Shown piece by piece: positions 1-10,448 of a DNA stretch of 64,000 bases. This DNA comes from Gammaproteobacteria bacterium (GTDB taxonomy: Bacteria > Pseudomonadota > Gammaproteobacteria > CAKMZV01). A model generated the notes under the pieces. It did no database searches. It was not told the DNA's origin and worked only from the letters and a program-made list of their open reading frames with translations. Numbering within the stretch: the stretch's first letter is position 1; each line of letters opens with the position of its first letter. A program made the translations under genes and the position numbers. The stretch spans positions 1,935,123-1,999,122 of the forward strand of contig OZ255827.1 in the NCBI GenBank assembly GCA_965277625.1. The letters run 5' to 3'.

Positions 1-358
1 TAAATATATAAAAACAAACTACCCGGAGATATGGAAAGAAATAGAACCAACACAGTTTTGTATTACTATTTTGTATCTGCCTTATTTTAACAGTCCGATA
101 GAATTTCTTTCAAAATGGATACCATTTTTAAGAGGACGCTATGATGATGGCAAAGATCCACATTTGGTCAACACCCGTAGAAATTACACCATTTTTTTTA
201 TTATTACTCATTGGAATTTCTTTTTATTTGGACTCTCATTATTCGCAATAGGACCATGAGAAATCTCAATTTTTGCACTATTTTTTTAATGATCTCATAA
301 ACGGCACTCTTAACGTTTGCTATTGTTCCAGGTGACTATCTAAATGTCCAAGCTAGGT

Positions 359-1813
359 TTACATGAATAATGGTGATGTGTGTGCTGAGAATAGAATCAA
401 CAAGCTGCCCATCGCAGCAATCAAAATTATATTAAAAAACATAAGTAATACACCGTAGCGCACGAGGCGGCTTTCTTCGCTCTTACTGATTTTTGCAAGA
501 CCTGCAATGAGCGCTAGAATTGAAAGTGCACCCATTGCACCATGACCAGCGCCGCTGTTTTGGATCGCAGAGAGCCAAAGTGTTGTACTGCTATCAAAAG
601 GTAAGTGTGCTAATGTTGGCATAAAAATGGCATTGCCACCGACATTGGAACCGGTAATGTAGCCACTTAAGCCTGCCAAAATCGCTGCAACTGGCGCAAG
701 GGTTGCCGTTGAAAGCAAGCCAAGGGCATTTTGGAAAGTATCGAGAAACCCTCCTTTAAGCATGGCTTGGGAAAGCAACAGAAAAAAGAAAATGGTCAGG
801 AGAGGTTTGGTGCAACGGGACAACCATGCTTGTAAGAAGCCTTGTGTTAACTTACTGTTATGACTTAAAAATATGACAAGAAGCACAACAATGGTCAGTG
901 CAAGCCCTGGAGAGGACAAAGGTTGCCATGACACATCAACGCCTGTTATCGTTATAGATTGCCCAGAAGGGAGCAAAGTCAATATCATTTTGATGAGGAT
1001 GATTATGCCAAGCAAAGCGATATATGGCCAAGCCAGTTTGGGCCATGCTGTAAAGTGTCCAGCAGTCAGTGAAACAAATAAACCTGGTACTAAAACGACC
1101 AAGGCTGCGCTTATTCCAGCAACTTCTGGACCCAGTAGCCTATTAGCACAATAAAGGGTGACAACAAAAATACTCCAATAGAAAAGAAGTTGTCCCCAAG
1201 CAGAGACCCTTCGCTCACCGATCATCCATAAAGCGAGCCCACTCGCTAACAGGAAAACTGGCGCACTAACAATAGACGATGCTTGACCCAGGACATTGGC
1301 AGGCAGGCCCGCCAGCGCTGCCCCAACAACTGTCGCAAGACCTAATGTTCCCCAAGGCATGATGACCATGCCTGACAAAGCCACACGTAATGCTGTTTCT
1401 CGTGCAAACAGAGCGAGTAATAGTGGGACCGTTGCTATTAAGGAAACGCCAAAACCCGTCATAGATTCCAATAACGGCGCCAAACCTAAGGTGATGAAAA
1501 TGACCTGCTGTGCCTGACTCCAACCAAGGCGTTTCACCCATTCGGCAACTGCTATGTTTACATCGTTTCTTTCTATGAGTATAACAAATGCGAGTCCAGG
1601 TGCAATAACAACCGCAGTGCTTGTAAAAAGTACACCTGTATCTTTTATGACATCCCATAGCGTATTGATTTCTAGCTCAACACCCAATTGGAGCATCCAC
1701 ATAAGAACGACTAATACAACAGCTACAAAAGCAGCTTCAAGAGGTGGGCGACGCAAAACCATCAACATGATAAAAATCAGTAAAATGGGTGAAATATGTA
1801 AAAGTGCAAGCAT
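359..1813 (-). CDS. Polytopic membrane permease, probably L-lactate permease (LctP) family
   Basis: 484-aa highly hydrophobic protein with many predicted TM helices and an E-x-x-x-GFG motif ('ESMTGFGVSL') resembling the LctP 'EGAAGFG' signature. It is shorter than typical LldP, so the assignment is tentative. Confidence 0.5.
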   Translation of the reverse strand: MLALLHISPILLIFIMLMVLRRPPLEAAFVAVVLVVLMWMLQLGVELEINTLWDVIKDTGVLFTSTAVVIAPGLAFVILIERNDVNIAVAEWVKRLGWSQAQQVIFITLGLAPLLESMTGFGVSLIATVPLLLALFARETALRVALSGMVIMPWGTLGLATVVGAALAGLPANVLGQASSIVSAPVFLLASGLALWMIGERRVSAWGQLLFYWSIFVVTLYCANRLLGPEVAGISAALVVLVPGLFVSLTAGHFTAWPKLAWPYIALLGIIILIKMILTLLPSGQSITITGVDVSWQPLSSPGLALTIVVLLVIFLSHNSKLTQGFLQAWLSRCTKPLLTIFFFLLLSQAMLKGGFLDTFQNALGLLSTATLAPVAAILAGLSGYITGSNVGGNAIFMPTLAHLPFDSSTTLWLSAIQNSGAGHGAMGALSILALIAGLAKISKSEESRLVRYGVLLMFFNIILIAAMGSLLILFSAHTSPLFM

Positions 1814-2234
1814 GAGAGATTGTTACCAAGCTATAAAAAATCGTCATTCATTACGGCGATCACGCCAAACTTTGGCTGCAGCTTCAACTGATGAGAACAA
1901 ACGGCCAGCTTGAGCAAAATAAGATCCGCTTTGATCTATTCTATGAACCAAGAAATATACGTATTAGCGTAGAAGTTCCCTATCAGGATTATGGCCTATG
2001 TAGCCATTACTTCCAAAGCCACAGGTGATTTTATCCGCACCCTTGGGCTATATTTACAGCTACCGTAGCAGGTCGCATCTCAAGTTTAAAAAGTGGTAAA
2101 ACATCTTTTTCAAAGTCAAGTTGCCCGTTGTTAGTTTGTTTGCGTAGTAAGTTAATTCGCGTTGAGTCAATGCGACAGACTTTTGCCTATGCCGTTCATT
2201 AGAAAGGAATGTGGATTTGAGCGGATATATTTGA

Positions 2235-2319
2235 TGGTGCCGACGGCCGGAGTCGAACCGGCACGGGTTTCCCCACTGCCCCCTCAAGACAGCGTGTCTA
2301 CCAATTCCACCACGTCGGC
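2235..2319 (-). tRNA. tRNA-Leu (anticodon GAG)
   Basis: The reverse complement reads GCCGACGTGGTGGAATTGGTAGACAC...CTTGAGG...GGTTCGACTCCGGCCGTCGGCACCA: a long-variable-arm class II tRNA. The anticodon loop is CTTGAGG, and a CCA end is encoded. It lies immediately downstream of secG, as in the E. coli secG-leuU arrangement. Confidence 0.9.
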
Positions 2320-2345
2320 AATCCGATTTAGAATAGCGTTTTGGA

Positions 2346-2657
2346 CTATTCTGGTTTTGGTATTTCTGTTTGGGGCGAGGTTTCTTCGGTCAAGGTATTG
2401 GTCAATACGCTGTCAATGGAGCGAGACTCCTTGCCCGTTATTGCCGTTAATGCCAAGGAATTGGCAATAAATAGCACTGCCAGAAAAGCAGTCACACGTG
2501 ACATGGCGTTAGCCCCACCACTGCTGCCAAAAAGGCTTTGAGAGCCCCCACTGAGTGCAGGACCTGCATCCGCGCCCTTACCATGTTGCAACATAACAAA
2601 CACTATGATGCCAAGTGCAACAACAATTTGAACAACCAGTAATATATTAAAAAGCAT
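2346..2657 (-). CDS. secG: Preprotein translocase subunit SecG
   Basis: 103 aa. The N-terminal TM segment followed by 'LQHGKGADAG...SLFGSSGGANAMSRVTAFLAVLF' matches the SecG signature (QxGKGxxxGxxFGxS). It is followed by tRNA-Leu. Confidence 0.85.
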   Translation of the reverse strand: MLFNILLVVQIVVALGIIVFVMLQHGKGADAGPALSGGSQSLFGSSGGANAMSRVTAFLAVLFIANSLALTAITGKESRSIDSVLTNTLTEETSPQTEIPKPE

Positions 2658-2892
2658 CGATTAATTCACTAAATATTCTATCTTTACGTAAATGGGCTGA
2701 AGTCTGAAACTATAACGTTTAGCAGTCATTCATGCCCGCAATTTTGCAGTCGGTATTATCACTGATATACACTGAAAATGCAGGCTCATTTTAACAGCCG
2801 ATTTTTTTATAGCAAATTTGGTTCGTTGCGTTTTATTGTACTTAGGTGCAATTGCTCAAAATTAGAACAAATTTGGGAAGTGTCAGTGCTTT

Positions 2893-3426
2893 TTACCGAG
2901 CACTTTTATCAAACTTGACTCTATCCCATTGAAAAGCAGGACCTGGGTCAGTTTTGCGCCCTGCTGCAATGTCGCTGTGACCCACAATGGTGGTCAATGG
3001 CAATTGTTGACTCAGTGCGTCGAGCAGTCTGTTCAAACTCAAATACTGCCAGTCTGTGTAGGACGTGGTATCTTCGCCTTCCAATTCTATGCCGATGGAA
3101 TAATTGTTACAATTTTCACGACCATTGTATTCAGATTCACCTGCATGCCATGCTCGACCAGATAGCGGCACAAATTGAATAAGTTCCCCGCCTCGGCGGA
3201 TTAAAAAGTGCGTAGAAACCATAATATTATCAAGGTTTTTAAGCAGTGGATCGTTTGAAGTTACTGCCTTGCCGCTCAGCAGATTAATAATGGCAGAACC
3301 ACCAAATTTGCCTTGAGGTAAGCTGATGCCATGAACGACGACCATGGTTATGGCTGTGGCAGCTGGTCGATTGTTAAAATGGCTTGAGACTTGTATGTCG
3401 GCCCAGTCTAACCATTGTTGTGCCAT
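2893..3426 (-). CDS. ampD: 1,6-anhydro-N-acetylmuramyl-L-alanine amidase AmpD (amidase_2 family)
   Basis: 177 aa. Contains 'VVHGISLP', 'AWHAGES.YNGRENCNNYSIGIELEG' and 'GHSDIAAGRKTDPGP', which are typical AmpD / PGRP zinc amidase motifs. Confidence 0.85.
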   Translation of the reverse strand: MAQQWLDWADIQVSSHFNNRPAATAITMVVVHGISLPQGKFGGSAIINLLSGKAVTSNDPLLKNLDNIMVSTHFLIRRGGELIQFVPLSGRAWHAGESEYNGRENCNNYSIGIELEGEDTTSYTDWQYLSLNRLLDALSQQLPLTTIVGHSDIAAGRKTDPGPAFQWDRVKFDKSAR

Positions 3427-4622
3427 TAAAGTGCGCCTTCAAACACAATCTTCCAACCGTCGGCTTGTTTGTGCCAATATTGTCTGAACAATTGCCTTCC
3501 TTGAATGGTTTGACGGTAGAAATTAATGACGGCAAGAAGCTCATCACTATAAGAAACAATGGCATTCAGATCAATGCCCTCTTTAAAATAGCCTGCTTCA
3601 ATGCGTTTTTTTTGCCATTGTAGCCATTGTTGATAATCCAATTTTTCATTAGAAAACTCTTGTGAATAATAAGCAAACATGGCATCTGAATCCCCAGTTG
3701 TTAAAGTCTGCTTCCAAGCATCCCATGCATGACTGATTTCGCCATTTGTGGTCACTTTAAATTGATGAGAATCTGTTTTATCAGGGGTCCATTGGACCTT
3801 GTGGCTAACGATGATGGGGACTCTGTTATCGGTCATCTGAATCAGCCGCCGAAGCTCATTTATTTGGCTGTTTGGTAAGACCAAGCAACCATCACTGTCC
3901 AACGGCGGTCGAGCAAAGACGCTCGAGTCGGTACCATGCAGCCAAATACCATGTCCCGTGCGATTCATTTTAGTGTCCCAAAAATTCGGATAGTTCAGTG
4001 GAAATGCGCCACTGCCGTAACGGTCTGGCAGTTCTTCCGATTCAATAAATCCTGACAAGAAATAGATCCCTTCAGGGGTTTTTTCATCGCCTTCCACTTG
4101 TTTTCCAAAGCCTTTTTTGCCAATAGAGAGGTAGTACTGCTTAACGATGTTTAAACCCTGAGGGGTGTTCTTGTAAAGAATCATTTTGTGCTTCAGGGTG
4201 TCAGCGACCAGCACATAGGGAATTTCTGGAGAGAGGTACAAAACTTCTTGCGGATACACCGCTTTAGTGTCATCCCAAAGCTTTTGACGCACAATCAATT
4301 CAGCAATGAGACCATCAAATCGACCGATGGGTGGCAGTTGTTCATTGGCGAGCTTTGCGTTGACATAGGCGTTTAGCCATTGAGCCAATTCAAAGTTAGA
4401 TTGTTGATGCAACACTGGCGCCAAATTTTCGCGTGCGCCAACCAAATCATTTGCTAATAGCGCATTGACAGAACGTTTTAAATTTTCTTCAACTTGTGCC
4501 TGAACACTGACGCTCATCAAGGAGATGATGAGTAGCAAACAAAGCGAATGGATGCGGCTTCGATAAGACCCCGATGACATCTTAAACATTAACCCAATAC
4601 TAATTCGCTGTAAATCAACCAT
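3426..4622 (-). CDS. Periplasmic L,D-transpeptidase family protein (YkuD catalytic domain)
   Basis: Signal-peptide-like N-terminus. The central 'GHGIWLHGT...DSDGCLVL' matches the YkuD H-G-[ST]...G-C catalytic signature. A C-terminal ~90-aa domain is paralogous to the C-terminus of the next ORF. Confidence 0.65.
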   Translation of the reverse strand: MVDLQRISIGLMFKMSSGSYRSRIHSLCLLLIISLMSVSVQAQVEENLKRSVNALLANDLVGARENLAPVLHQQSNFELAQWLNAYVNAKLANEQLPPIGRFDGLIAELIVRQKLWDDTKAVYPQEVLYLSPEIPYVLVADTLKHKMILYKNTPQGLNIVKQYYLSIGKKGFGKQVEGDEKTPEGIYFLSGFIESEELPDRYGSGAFPLNYPNFWDTKMNRTGHGIWLHGTDSSVFARPPLDSDGCLVLPNSQINELRRLIQMTDNRVPIIVSHKVQWTPDKTDSHQFKVTTNGEISHAWDAWKQTLTTGDSDAMFAYYSQEFSNEKLDYQQWLQWQKKRIEAGYFKEGIDLNAIVSYSDELLAVINFYRQTIQGRQLFRQYWHKQADGWKIVFEGAL

Positions 4623-5452
4623 TCACCAGACTGCCATTTGAACAGCAAGCGCTTTTTCACTGTATCATTGATTGTATGAGACTGATATTTTTGTTCAAAA
4701 TCCACAGTGGCATGTTCCAGATCATCCTCAATTTTTATGGCAATGTCAGCTAATTTCAAAGTTAAAACTCTGCCAGGAAATACTTTTTTCTTGCGGTCAT
4801 TTTGCCAGGTTTTAAAGTTGAGATGTTGTTTGGGTGATACACCTGTTAAATAACTGGAAAAGTAGTCTTCAATAACCCCTGCTTGCCAACGGTCTCGCCA
4901 AGCCAATAAAGCTTCGTAAACTTGAATATTTAATTGTTTTCTGATGGCATCGATGTTATCAGAACGAGGGGTTTTGGCGACTTGATTGGGCGTTGAAGGT
5001 GTTTGCGATGCCTTAGATGCGGCCATAACGCCGTTATCAGTGGTTTGAGTTGAAGGCGCAAGCGCAAAAGTTTGTCCATCGTCTTTGTTGGCTATGAAGT
5101 CAGGAGGGGTCGGGGCGACTAAGTTCATAATCGTGGCGAGAGATTTTGCCGATTCAAAACTGTAGGCCTTGGTTAAGTTTTCAAAAGGTATGGCACATTC
5201 AGTCTGACTATGCAGATATTGCCGCCACAAATTTATGCCTGATTGAGTCTCACCTGCAAGAAAAGTTGCCATGGCCAAATTATTTAAGGCCATGGTTTTT
5301 AGAGCGGTTGATTCTATGGTTAAAAACTTTTGCTTGGCTTGCTCAAAGGCTTTATTTTCTAAGGCTTCTAAGCCGAGTGCAAAATTTTCACGATCATCCG
5401 CCACCGCAGTGCCTGACAGCATGATGATCACCAAAATCAATTTCTTTAACAT
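4589..5452 (-). CDS. Periplasmic hypothetical protein; C-terminal domain paralogous to that of the adjacent L,D-transpeptidase
   Basis: 287 aa with an N-terminal signal peptide (MLKKLILVIIMLSGTAVA). The C-terminal ~90 aa ('...LLFKWQSGEWLIYSE') aligns with the transpeptidase C-terminus ('...YWHKQADGWKIVFE'). No other recognisable motif. Confidence 0.5.
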   Translation of the reverse strand: MLKKLILVIIMLSGTAVADDRENFALGLEALENKAFEQAKQKFLTIESTALKTMALNNLAMATFLAGETQSGINLWRQYLHSQTECAIPFENLTKAYSFESAKSLATIMNLVAPTPPDFIANKDDGQTFALAPSTQTTDNGVMAASKASQTPSTPNQVAKTPRSDNIDAIRKQLNIQVYEALLAWRDRWQAGVIEDYFSSYLTGVSPKQHLNFKTWQNDRKKKVFPGRVLTLKLADIAIKIEDDLEHATVDFEQKYQSHTINDTVKKRLLFKWQSGEWLIYSELVLG

Positions 5453-5454
5453 CT

Positions 5455-6285
5455 TTATTCCTTATGTCGTTGTTCTATAAGCCAATGCATTAAATCCGCC
5501 CATATTTGATCGTACTCCGCCTTGCTTGGCATTCTAGTCGCACTTGGTAACTCTAAAGTGATCACGGGCACTCGCAATTGCTTCCAACCATAATTGCCTA
5601 ATGAACCTGGATAGGTCCCCAATAATTTTAAATGCAGTCCACCAAATTTTTTAGGCACTTCTAAGGCACCACCGTCAAAATCTAAAATGCCAAACGGCGC
5701 GTGCAGGCTGATAATAATATCGGGTTCAAACGCTTCTATAATTTTAACTATAGTCTTTGTCTCTGGCTCACTGACTTGAAAAGGCCCCGGATAACGCCGT
5801 GGGTCTTCATCTGTTTTTTTGCGCCAATAAGCGAGGGCAACATCCGCACTGGTGGTCGGAAAATTGCGATTCAAATCAACCCCATTGGCATTATATCGGG
5901 TCGGTTTTTTCTTGAGTAATCCATCGAGGTTTAATGCGGGTAAAAAGAGCCAATGAAATCTATACGATTGAGCCTCATTGAGTTTGGTCATCCATTTAAT
6001 AGACACAGAAAAAGCGCTCAGTTCATCACCATGGATGCCACCAAGATACAATATTTTGGGCTTCCTTGAATTGTCGCCCTCGTCCATAAAAGTTTTTCTC
6101 AACAAAGGCAACCCCTTAACAGTTTTACCAGCTGGGGCGTCAAATTTTAAATCCATACATTCCGTATAAGAAATGCTGAATAAGCGTTGCGCTAATTTTT
6201 GACAGGCAATGGCATTGTCATCTGACCAAGCGGACCAAGATATGATCAAGGAAGCCACGAATATAAATGCTCTAATGACAGCCAT
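5455..6285 (-). CDS. Secreted M14-family zinc carboxypeptidase (MpaA-like murein peptide amidase/carboxypeptidase)
   Basis: 276 aa. Signal peptide; 'LGGIHGDELS' (HxxE zinc ligands); 'DLNRNFP' M14 signature; 'SLHAPFG' second His ligand region. Confidence 0.7.
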   Translation of the reverse strand: MAVIRAFIFVASLIISWSAWSDDNAIACQKLAQRLFSISYTECMDLKFDAPAGKTVKGLPLLRKTFMDEGDNSRKPKILYLGGIHGDELSAFSVSIKWMTKLNEAQSYRFHWLFLPALNLDGLLKKKPTRYNANGVDLNRNFPTTSADVALAYWRKKTDEDPRRYPGPFQVSEPETKTIVKIIEAFEPDIIISLHAPFGILDFDGGALEVPKKFGGLHLKLLGTYPGSLGNYGWKQLRVPVITLELPSATRMPSKAEYDQIWADLMHWLIEQRHKE

Positions 6286-6360
6286 GTGTGTGAATGGATT
6301 AGATTAAATAAAGTGCAACACGGTTGCTTGTGGAAATGTCATGAATGGATAGAGAGTATT

Positions 6361-7407
6361 TTAAATCTCACCCTGCGCATAGCGATCCGCCATTTGCGCC
6401 AACGAAAATGCTTTGATTTTATCCGCATAACCGGCTGAACCAAATGCTTCAAACCTTTGCTCACAAATCGATTGCATGCCCTTGGTCGCTTCTGCAAGAT
6501 ATTTTCTTGGGTCAAAGTTTGATGGGTTTTCACTCAGATGTTTGCGAATGGCGCCTGTTGATGCCATTCGTAAATCGGTGTCTATGTTGACTTTACGCAC
6601 GCCGTGTTTGATGCCTTCAACAATTTCAGCGACTGGTGCGCCAAAGGTTTGTCCCATATCACCGCCATAATTGTTTATGATTTTCAACCATTCTTGCGGG
6701 ACAGAAGACGAACCATGCATGACTAAATGGGTATTTGGAATGCGCGCATGGATCTCTTTGATCCGATCAATGCGAAGAATGGCGCCATCGGGTTCGCGCG
6801 AAAATTTGTAGGCACCATGCGACGTGCCAATGGCTATGGCCAAACAATCAACATTGGTTTGTTTGACAAATTCGGCTGCTTCATCGGGGTCTGTGAGTAG
6901 ATCTTTTTTATCTAATTTCCCTTCGGCACCATGCCCATCTTCTTCACCCATTTCTAAGGTTTCTAATGAGCCAAGACAGCCTAATTCCCCTTCAACTGTC
7001 ACGCCAACTGCGTGCGCCAACCGAACGACTTCAGCGGTCACTGAAGCATTGTATTCAAAATCCATGGGCGTTTTTTGATTGGCACACAGTGAGCCATCCA
7101 TCATGACTGAAGAAAAGCCCGATTGGATGGCTTGAAAACAAGAAGCTGGGGTATTACCATGATCCAAATGCATGACAACGGGGATGTGTGGATAGGATTC
7201 ACAAGCGGCTTCAACCAAGTGTCGTAAAAAGATCGGACCGGCGTATTTTCGCGCGCCAGCTGACCCTTGCAAAATAACGGGGGATTTGACCTTGTCAGCC
7301 GCTCGCATGATGGCTTGAACCTGCTCTAAATTGTTCACATTAAAGGCGGGCATGCCAAAATCATGGCTGGCTGCCTCATCCATCAATTGTCTCATCGAAA
7401 TTAACAT
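6361..7407 (-). CDS. fba: Fructose-bisphosphate aldolase, class II
   Basis: 348 aa. 'VMHLDHG', 'SVMMDGS' and 'VEGELG' are class II FBA metal-binding motifs. It forms an operon with pyk and pgk. Confidence 0.9.
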   Translation of the reverse strand: MLISMRQLMDEAASHDFGMPAFNVNNLEQVQAIMRAADKVKSPVILQGSAGARKYAGPIFLRHLVEAACESYPHIPVVMHLDHGNTPASCFQAIQSGFSSVMMDGSLCANQKTPMDFEYNASVTAEVVRLAHAVGVTVEGELGCLGSLETLEMGEEDGHGAEGKLDKKDLLTDPDEAAEFVKQTNVDCLAIAIGTSHGAYKFSREPDGAILRIDRIKEIHARIPNTHLVMHGSSSVPQEWLKIINNYGGDMGQTFGAPVAEIVEGIKHGVRKVNIDTDLRMASTGAIRKHLSENPSNFDPRKYLAEATKGMQSICEQRFEAFGSAGYADKIKAFSLAQMADRYAQGEI

Positions 7408-7460
7408 TATTTACTCCTTAACACTGTATGATATTGTTCTATATGATACTGTTCTATGAT

Positions 7461-8912
7461 TTAAGCGACCAAAATCTCTAAAGCATTGGTTGAGCCTTTA
7501 ACGCCTGGCTCTCTGCCGTTTGTCACAATGAGACGGTCACCAGCTTGGATAATGCCCTTGTCAACTAGGGCCTGGATCACGACTTGTCGATCTTCTCGGT
7601 CTTTCTTCATCGACCGATCAAACAAGATGGGATAAACCCCTCGGTATAAGCTCATTTTCCAATAGGTGTGTTCATTGGGCGATGAGGCAAATATAGGCTT
7701 GCCTGAGCTCATCCTTGACATATAAATCGGCGTTTCTCCCGATTCTGTCAAAGCCAAAATGCCCTCAATGTCCACCATGTGATTGACCAAATACATGCTC
7801 GCCATGGCAATGCTTTCATTAACGGCCAGGAATGAATCGGTCAGTCGATGTGCTGATACCATGGTTTTCCTTTGCTCTTCTGCTTGAATGCACGTGCGGT
7901 GCATGGCAGCAATGACCTCTAAGGGATAAGCACCAACCGCTGTTTCGGCAGACAACATCACCGCATCGGTGCCATCGAGTACGGCATTCGCCACATCAAA
8001 AATTTCCGCACGAGTGGGTAAAGGTTGATGAATCATAGACTCCATCATTTGTGTGGCTGTGATCACCCCTTTGTTTAACTGACGTGTTCGACTGATAATG
8101 CGTTTTTGAATAGCCGGCAATTGCGCATCGCCTATCTCAACACCCAAATCACCGCGCGCAACCATGATCATATCTGAAGCCTTTATGATGTTATCTAAAA
8201 CATCAGGAATAATGGCTTCTGCCCGTTCAATTTTTGCAATGATGGCAATGGCTTTACCACCTTCTGCCCGTATGATAGACCGCGTGTCATCTAAATCAGC
8301 CTGACATCTAACAAATGAGACGGCAATAAAATCGATGTCCAACTCAACGGCCTGTTTAATGTCTTGTTTATCTTTGTCCGTTAGAGCATTTGCAGACAGC
8401 CCTCCGCCTTTTAAATTGATGCCCTTATTATTGGATAAAATGCCACCCACATGCACTCGACATTCAATGCGCGTTTTGGTTATCTTTAAGACTTTGAGTT
8501 CAATACGACCGTCGTCCAATAGCAATATATTGTCAGGTTTAACATCGTCAATGAGCGATTGGTAATCAATGCCGACGGCCTGTTCATCGCCTTGATCAAG
8601 CCCTAAGGCGGTATCCAAGCTAAACAACGCATCTTTTGCCAGAACAACCGAGTCATTTTTGAATCGGCCTATACGAATTTTCGGGCCTTGCAAATCAAAA
8701 ACAATAGCGACTGGTATGCCGGTTTTTACTGAACTGGCGCGGATATGCTTAACGCGTTTGGTGCGTTCAGCTGCTGTACCGTGCGAACAATTTATACGAA
8801 AACCATTGACCCCAGCTTGGATCAATTTCGCAACCATGCCTTTGGCATCGGTTGCAGGGCCGGTCGTCGCTAAGACTTTAGTCCTTCTGAATGGTTTATT
8901 ACCCATTAACAT
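7461..8912 (-). CDS. pyk: Pyruvate kinase
   Basis: 483 aa. 'TKVLATTGPAT', 'NCSHG' and 'MVARGDLGVEI' are pyruvate kinase signatures. Confidence 0.9.
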   Translation of the reverse strand: MLMGNKPFRRTKVLATTGPATDAKGMVAKLIQAGVNGFRINCSHGTAAERTKRVKHIRASSVKTGIPVAIVFDLQGPKIRIGRFKNDSVVLAKDALFSLDTALGLDQGDEQAVGIDYQSLIDDVKPDNILLLDDGRIELKVLKITKTRIECRVHVGGILSNNKGINLKGGGLSANALTDKDKQDIKQAVELDIDFIAVSFVRCQADLDDTRSIIRAEGGKAIAIIAKIERAEAIIPDVLDNIIKASDMIMVARGDLGVEIGDAQLPAIQKRIISRTRQLNKGVITATQMMESMIHQPLPTRAEIFDVANAVLDGTDAVMLSAETAVGAYPLEVIAAMHRTCIQAEEQRKTMVSAHRLTDSFLAVNESIAMASMYLVNHMVDIEGILALTESGETPIYMSRMSSGKPIFASSPNEHTYWKMSLYRGVYPILFDRSMKKDREDRQVVIQALVDKGIIQAGDRLIVTNGREPGVKGSTNALEILVA

Positions 8913-8926
8913 AAAATAACATGCCC

Positions 8927-10114
8927 TTATTGGATTGACCGTTTCTGTAATATTTCTACAGCTGGCAATACTTTATTTTCTAAGAATTCAAGAAATGCGC
9001 CACCACCGGTCGAAATGTATGAAATATCTGAGCCGACCTTAAACTGTTCGATGGCCGCCAACGTGTCACCGCCACCAGCAATTGAAAATGCCGAGGATTC
9101 TGCTATGGCTTCGGCAATGATTTTTGTTCCCTGAGAAAAGGCTGGGATTTCAAAAACCCCCATGGGTCCATTCCAAATAATGGTGCCAGCTTGTTTGATG
9201 TATTGAGCAATCACAGCCGCAGATTTTGGCCCTATATCAAGGATTAAATCATCTGCTTCAATCTCTGAAACGTGTTTGACCACCCCAACTTCTGATACGT
9301 CCATAGACTTACCAACAACCACATCAACAGGCACTGGAATTGAAGCATTTCTTTGATTCATTGACGCCATCAACTTTTTTGCCGTGGTCGCCAAATCTGT
9401 TTCACACAACGACTGACCGACTTCAAAGCCGTTGGCTTTGATAAATGTATTGGCAATGCCACCACCGGCAACCAATTGGTCCACTCTTTGAGACAAGGAG
9501 TCTAACAAAGTCAATTTGGTTGAAACTTTGGCCCCACCCACTATGGCGACAATTGGGCTTTTGGGGTTTAGGAAGGCTCGCCCCAAAGCGGTTAATTCTG
9601 CTTGAAGCAATAATCCTGCACAGGCAATGGGGGCGTACTCTGCAACACCGTATGTGGAAGCTTCTTTGCGATGCGCTGTACCAAAGGCGTCCATGATAAA
9701 AACATCACACAAGGCGGCCATCTTTTGGGAAAGCGTGGCATCGCATTGTTTTTCACCCACACAAAAGCGACTGTTTTCTAATAAATAAATGGTCTCTGCG
9801 CTTGCACTGCAACCCTGATCTAACCAGTCTTTGACCAATTCGACCCGTCGGCCCAGATGTTCTTGTAAACAAGCCGCAACTGGCGCCAAACTGAGATTTT
9901 CATCGTACGTGCCTTCTTTGGGTCGTCCCAGATGAGACATTAAAATCACTTTACCGCCTTTTTCTAAGGCCAACTTAATGGTCGGTAAACTGGCTATAAT
10001 CCGCGTTTGAGAAACGATTTTGCCGTCCTTAATCGGCACATTCAAATCTTGTCGAATGAGAACGCGCTGAGCTGATAGCTCAATGTCTTGCATATTGTTT
10101 ATTTTTATGGACAT
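8927..10114 (-). CDS. pgk: Phosphoglycerate kinase
   Basis: 395 aa. '[11 protein letters not shown]', '[10 protein letters not shown]' and 'GGGA' are typical of Pgk. Confidence 0.92.
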   Translation of the reverse strand: MSIKINNMQDIELSAQRVLIRQDLNVPIKDGKIVSQTRIIASLPTIKLALEKGGKVILMSHLGRPKEGTYDENLSLAPVAACLQEHLGRRVELVKDWLDQGCSASAETIYLLENSRFCVGEKQCDATLSQKMAALCDVFIMDAFGTAHRKEASTYGVAEYAPIACAGLLLQAELTALGRAFLNPKSPIVAIVGGAKVSTKLTLLDSLSQRVDQLVAGGGIANTFIKANGFEVGQSLCETDLATTAKKLMASMNQRNASIPVPVDVVVGKSMDVSEVGVVKHVSEIEADDLILDIGPKSAAVIAQYIKQAGTIIWNGPMGVFEIPAFSQGTKIIAEAIAESSAFSIAGGGDTLAAIEQFKVGSDISYISTGGGAFLEFLENKVLPAVEILQKRSIQ

Positions 10115-10448
10115 TTACACTTTCCTTCGACTTTGATCATTTATTGTTTTGTTACTTTTTTATGGTCTGGTCACATTTTTAACTTTGCAGAGTCGCCCTT
10201 CAACAAATAAAATCATTGATCGCTCATAAAGGTGACCTTGAGTTCAATGGACTTGCCTAATCGCAGGTCATCATTTGCTGGATGCGCATTCTTTCATTTT
10301 GGTGTATTTTACTCTAAATTGAACGCCAATAATTTGAGATGCTGTGACATTTTTCTGAACAAATCGTCGCTTCAAATTTCAGTGATGCAATTTATAATGC
10401 TTTCATAGCGCATGACTTAAATTCTCGCTAATCAACAATGCAAAATGT

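Noticed and set aside
71-259. 62-aa ORF at the window start
   Set aside because: No RBS, hydrophobic junk composition, AT-rich intergenic context. Likely spurious.
1814-2234. 420-nt non-coding stretch between the permease gene and tRNA-Leu with short ORFs (2060..2287 -, 2162..2470 +)
   Set aside because: The ORFs overlap the tRNA gene and lack RBS or homology. The region is probably promoter/intergenic DNA. I could not identify an sRNA by eye.
10115-10448. Possible TPP riboswitch upstream of thiE in the 334-nt spacer
   Set aside because: I looked for the conserved CUGAGA element and the ACCUGAUCUGGAUAAUGCCAGCG core. Only loose resemblances are present (ggtgacc..., gctggatgcg), with the wrong order and spacing. 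Confirming or excluding it would need an Rfam THI-element covariance search.
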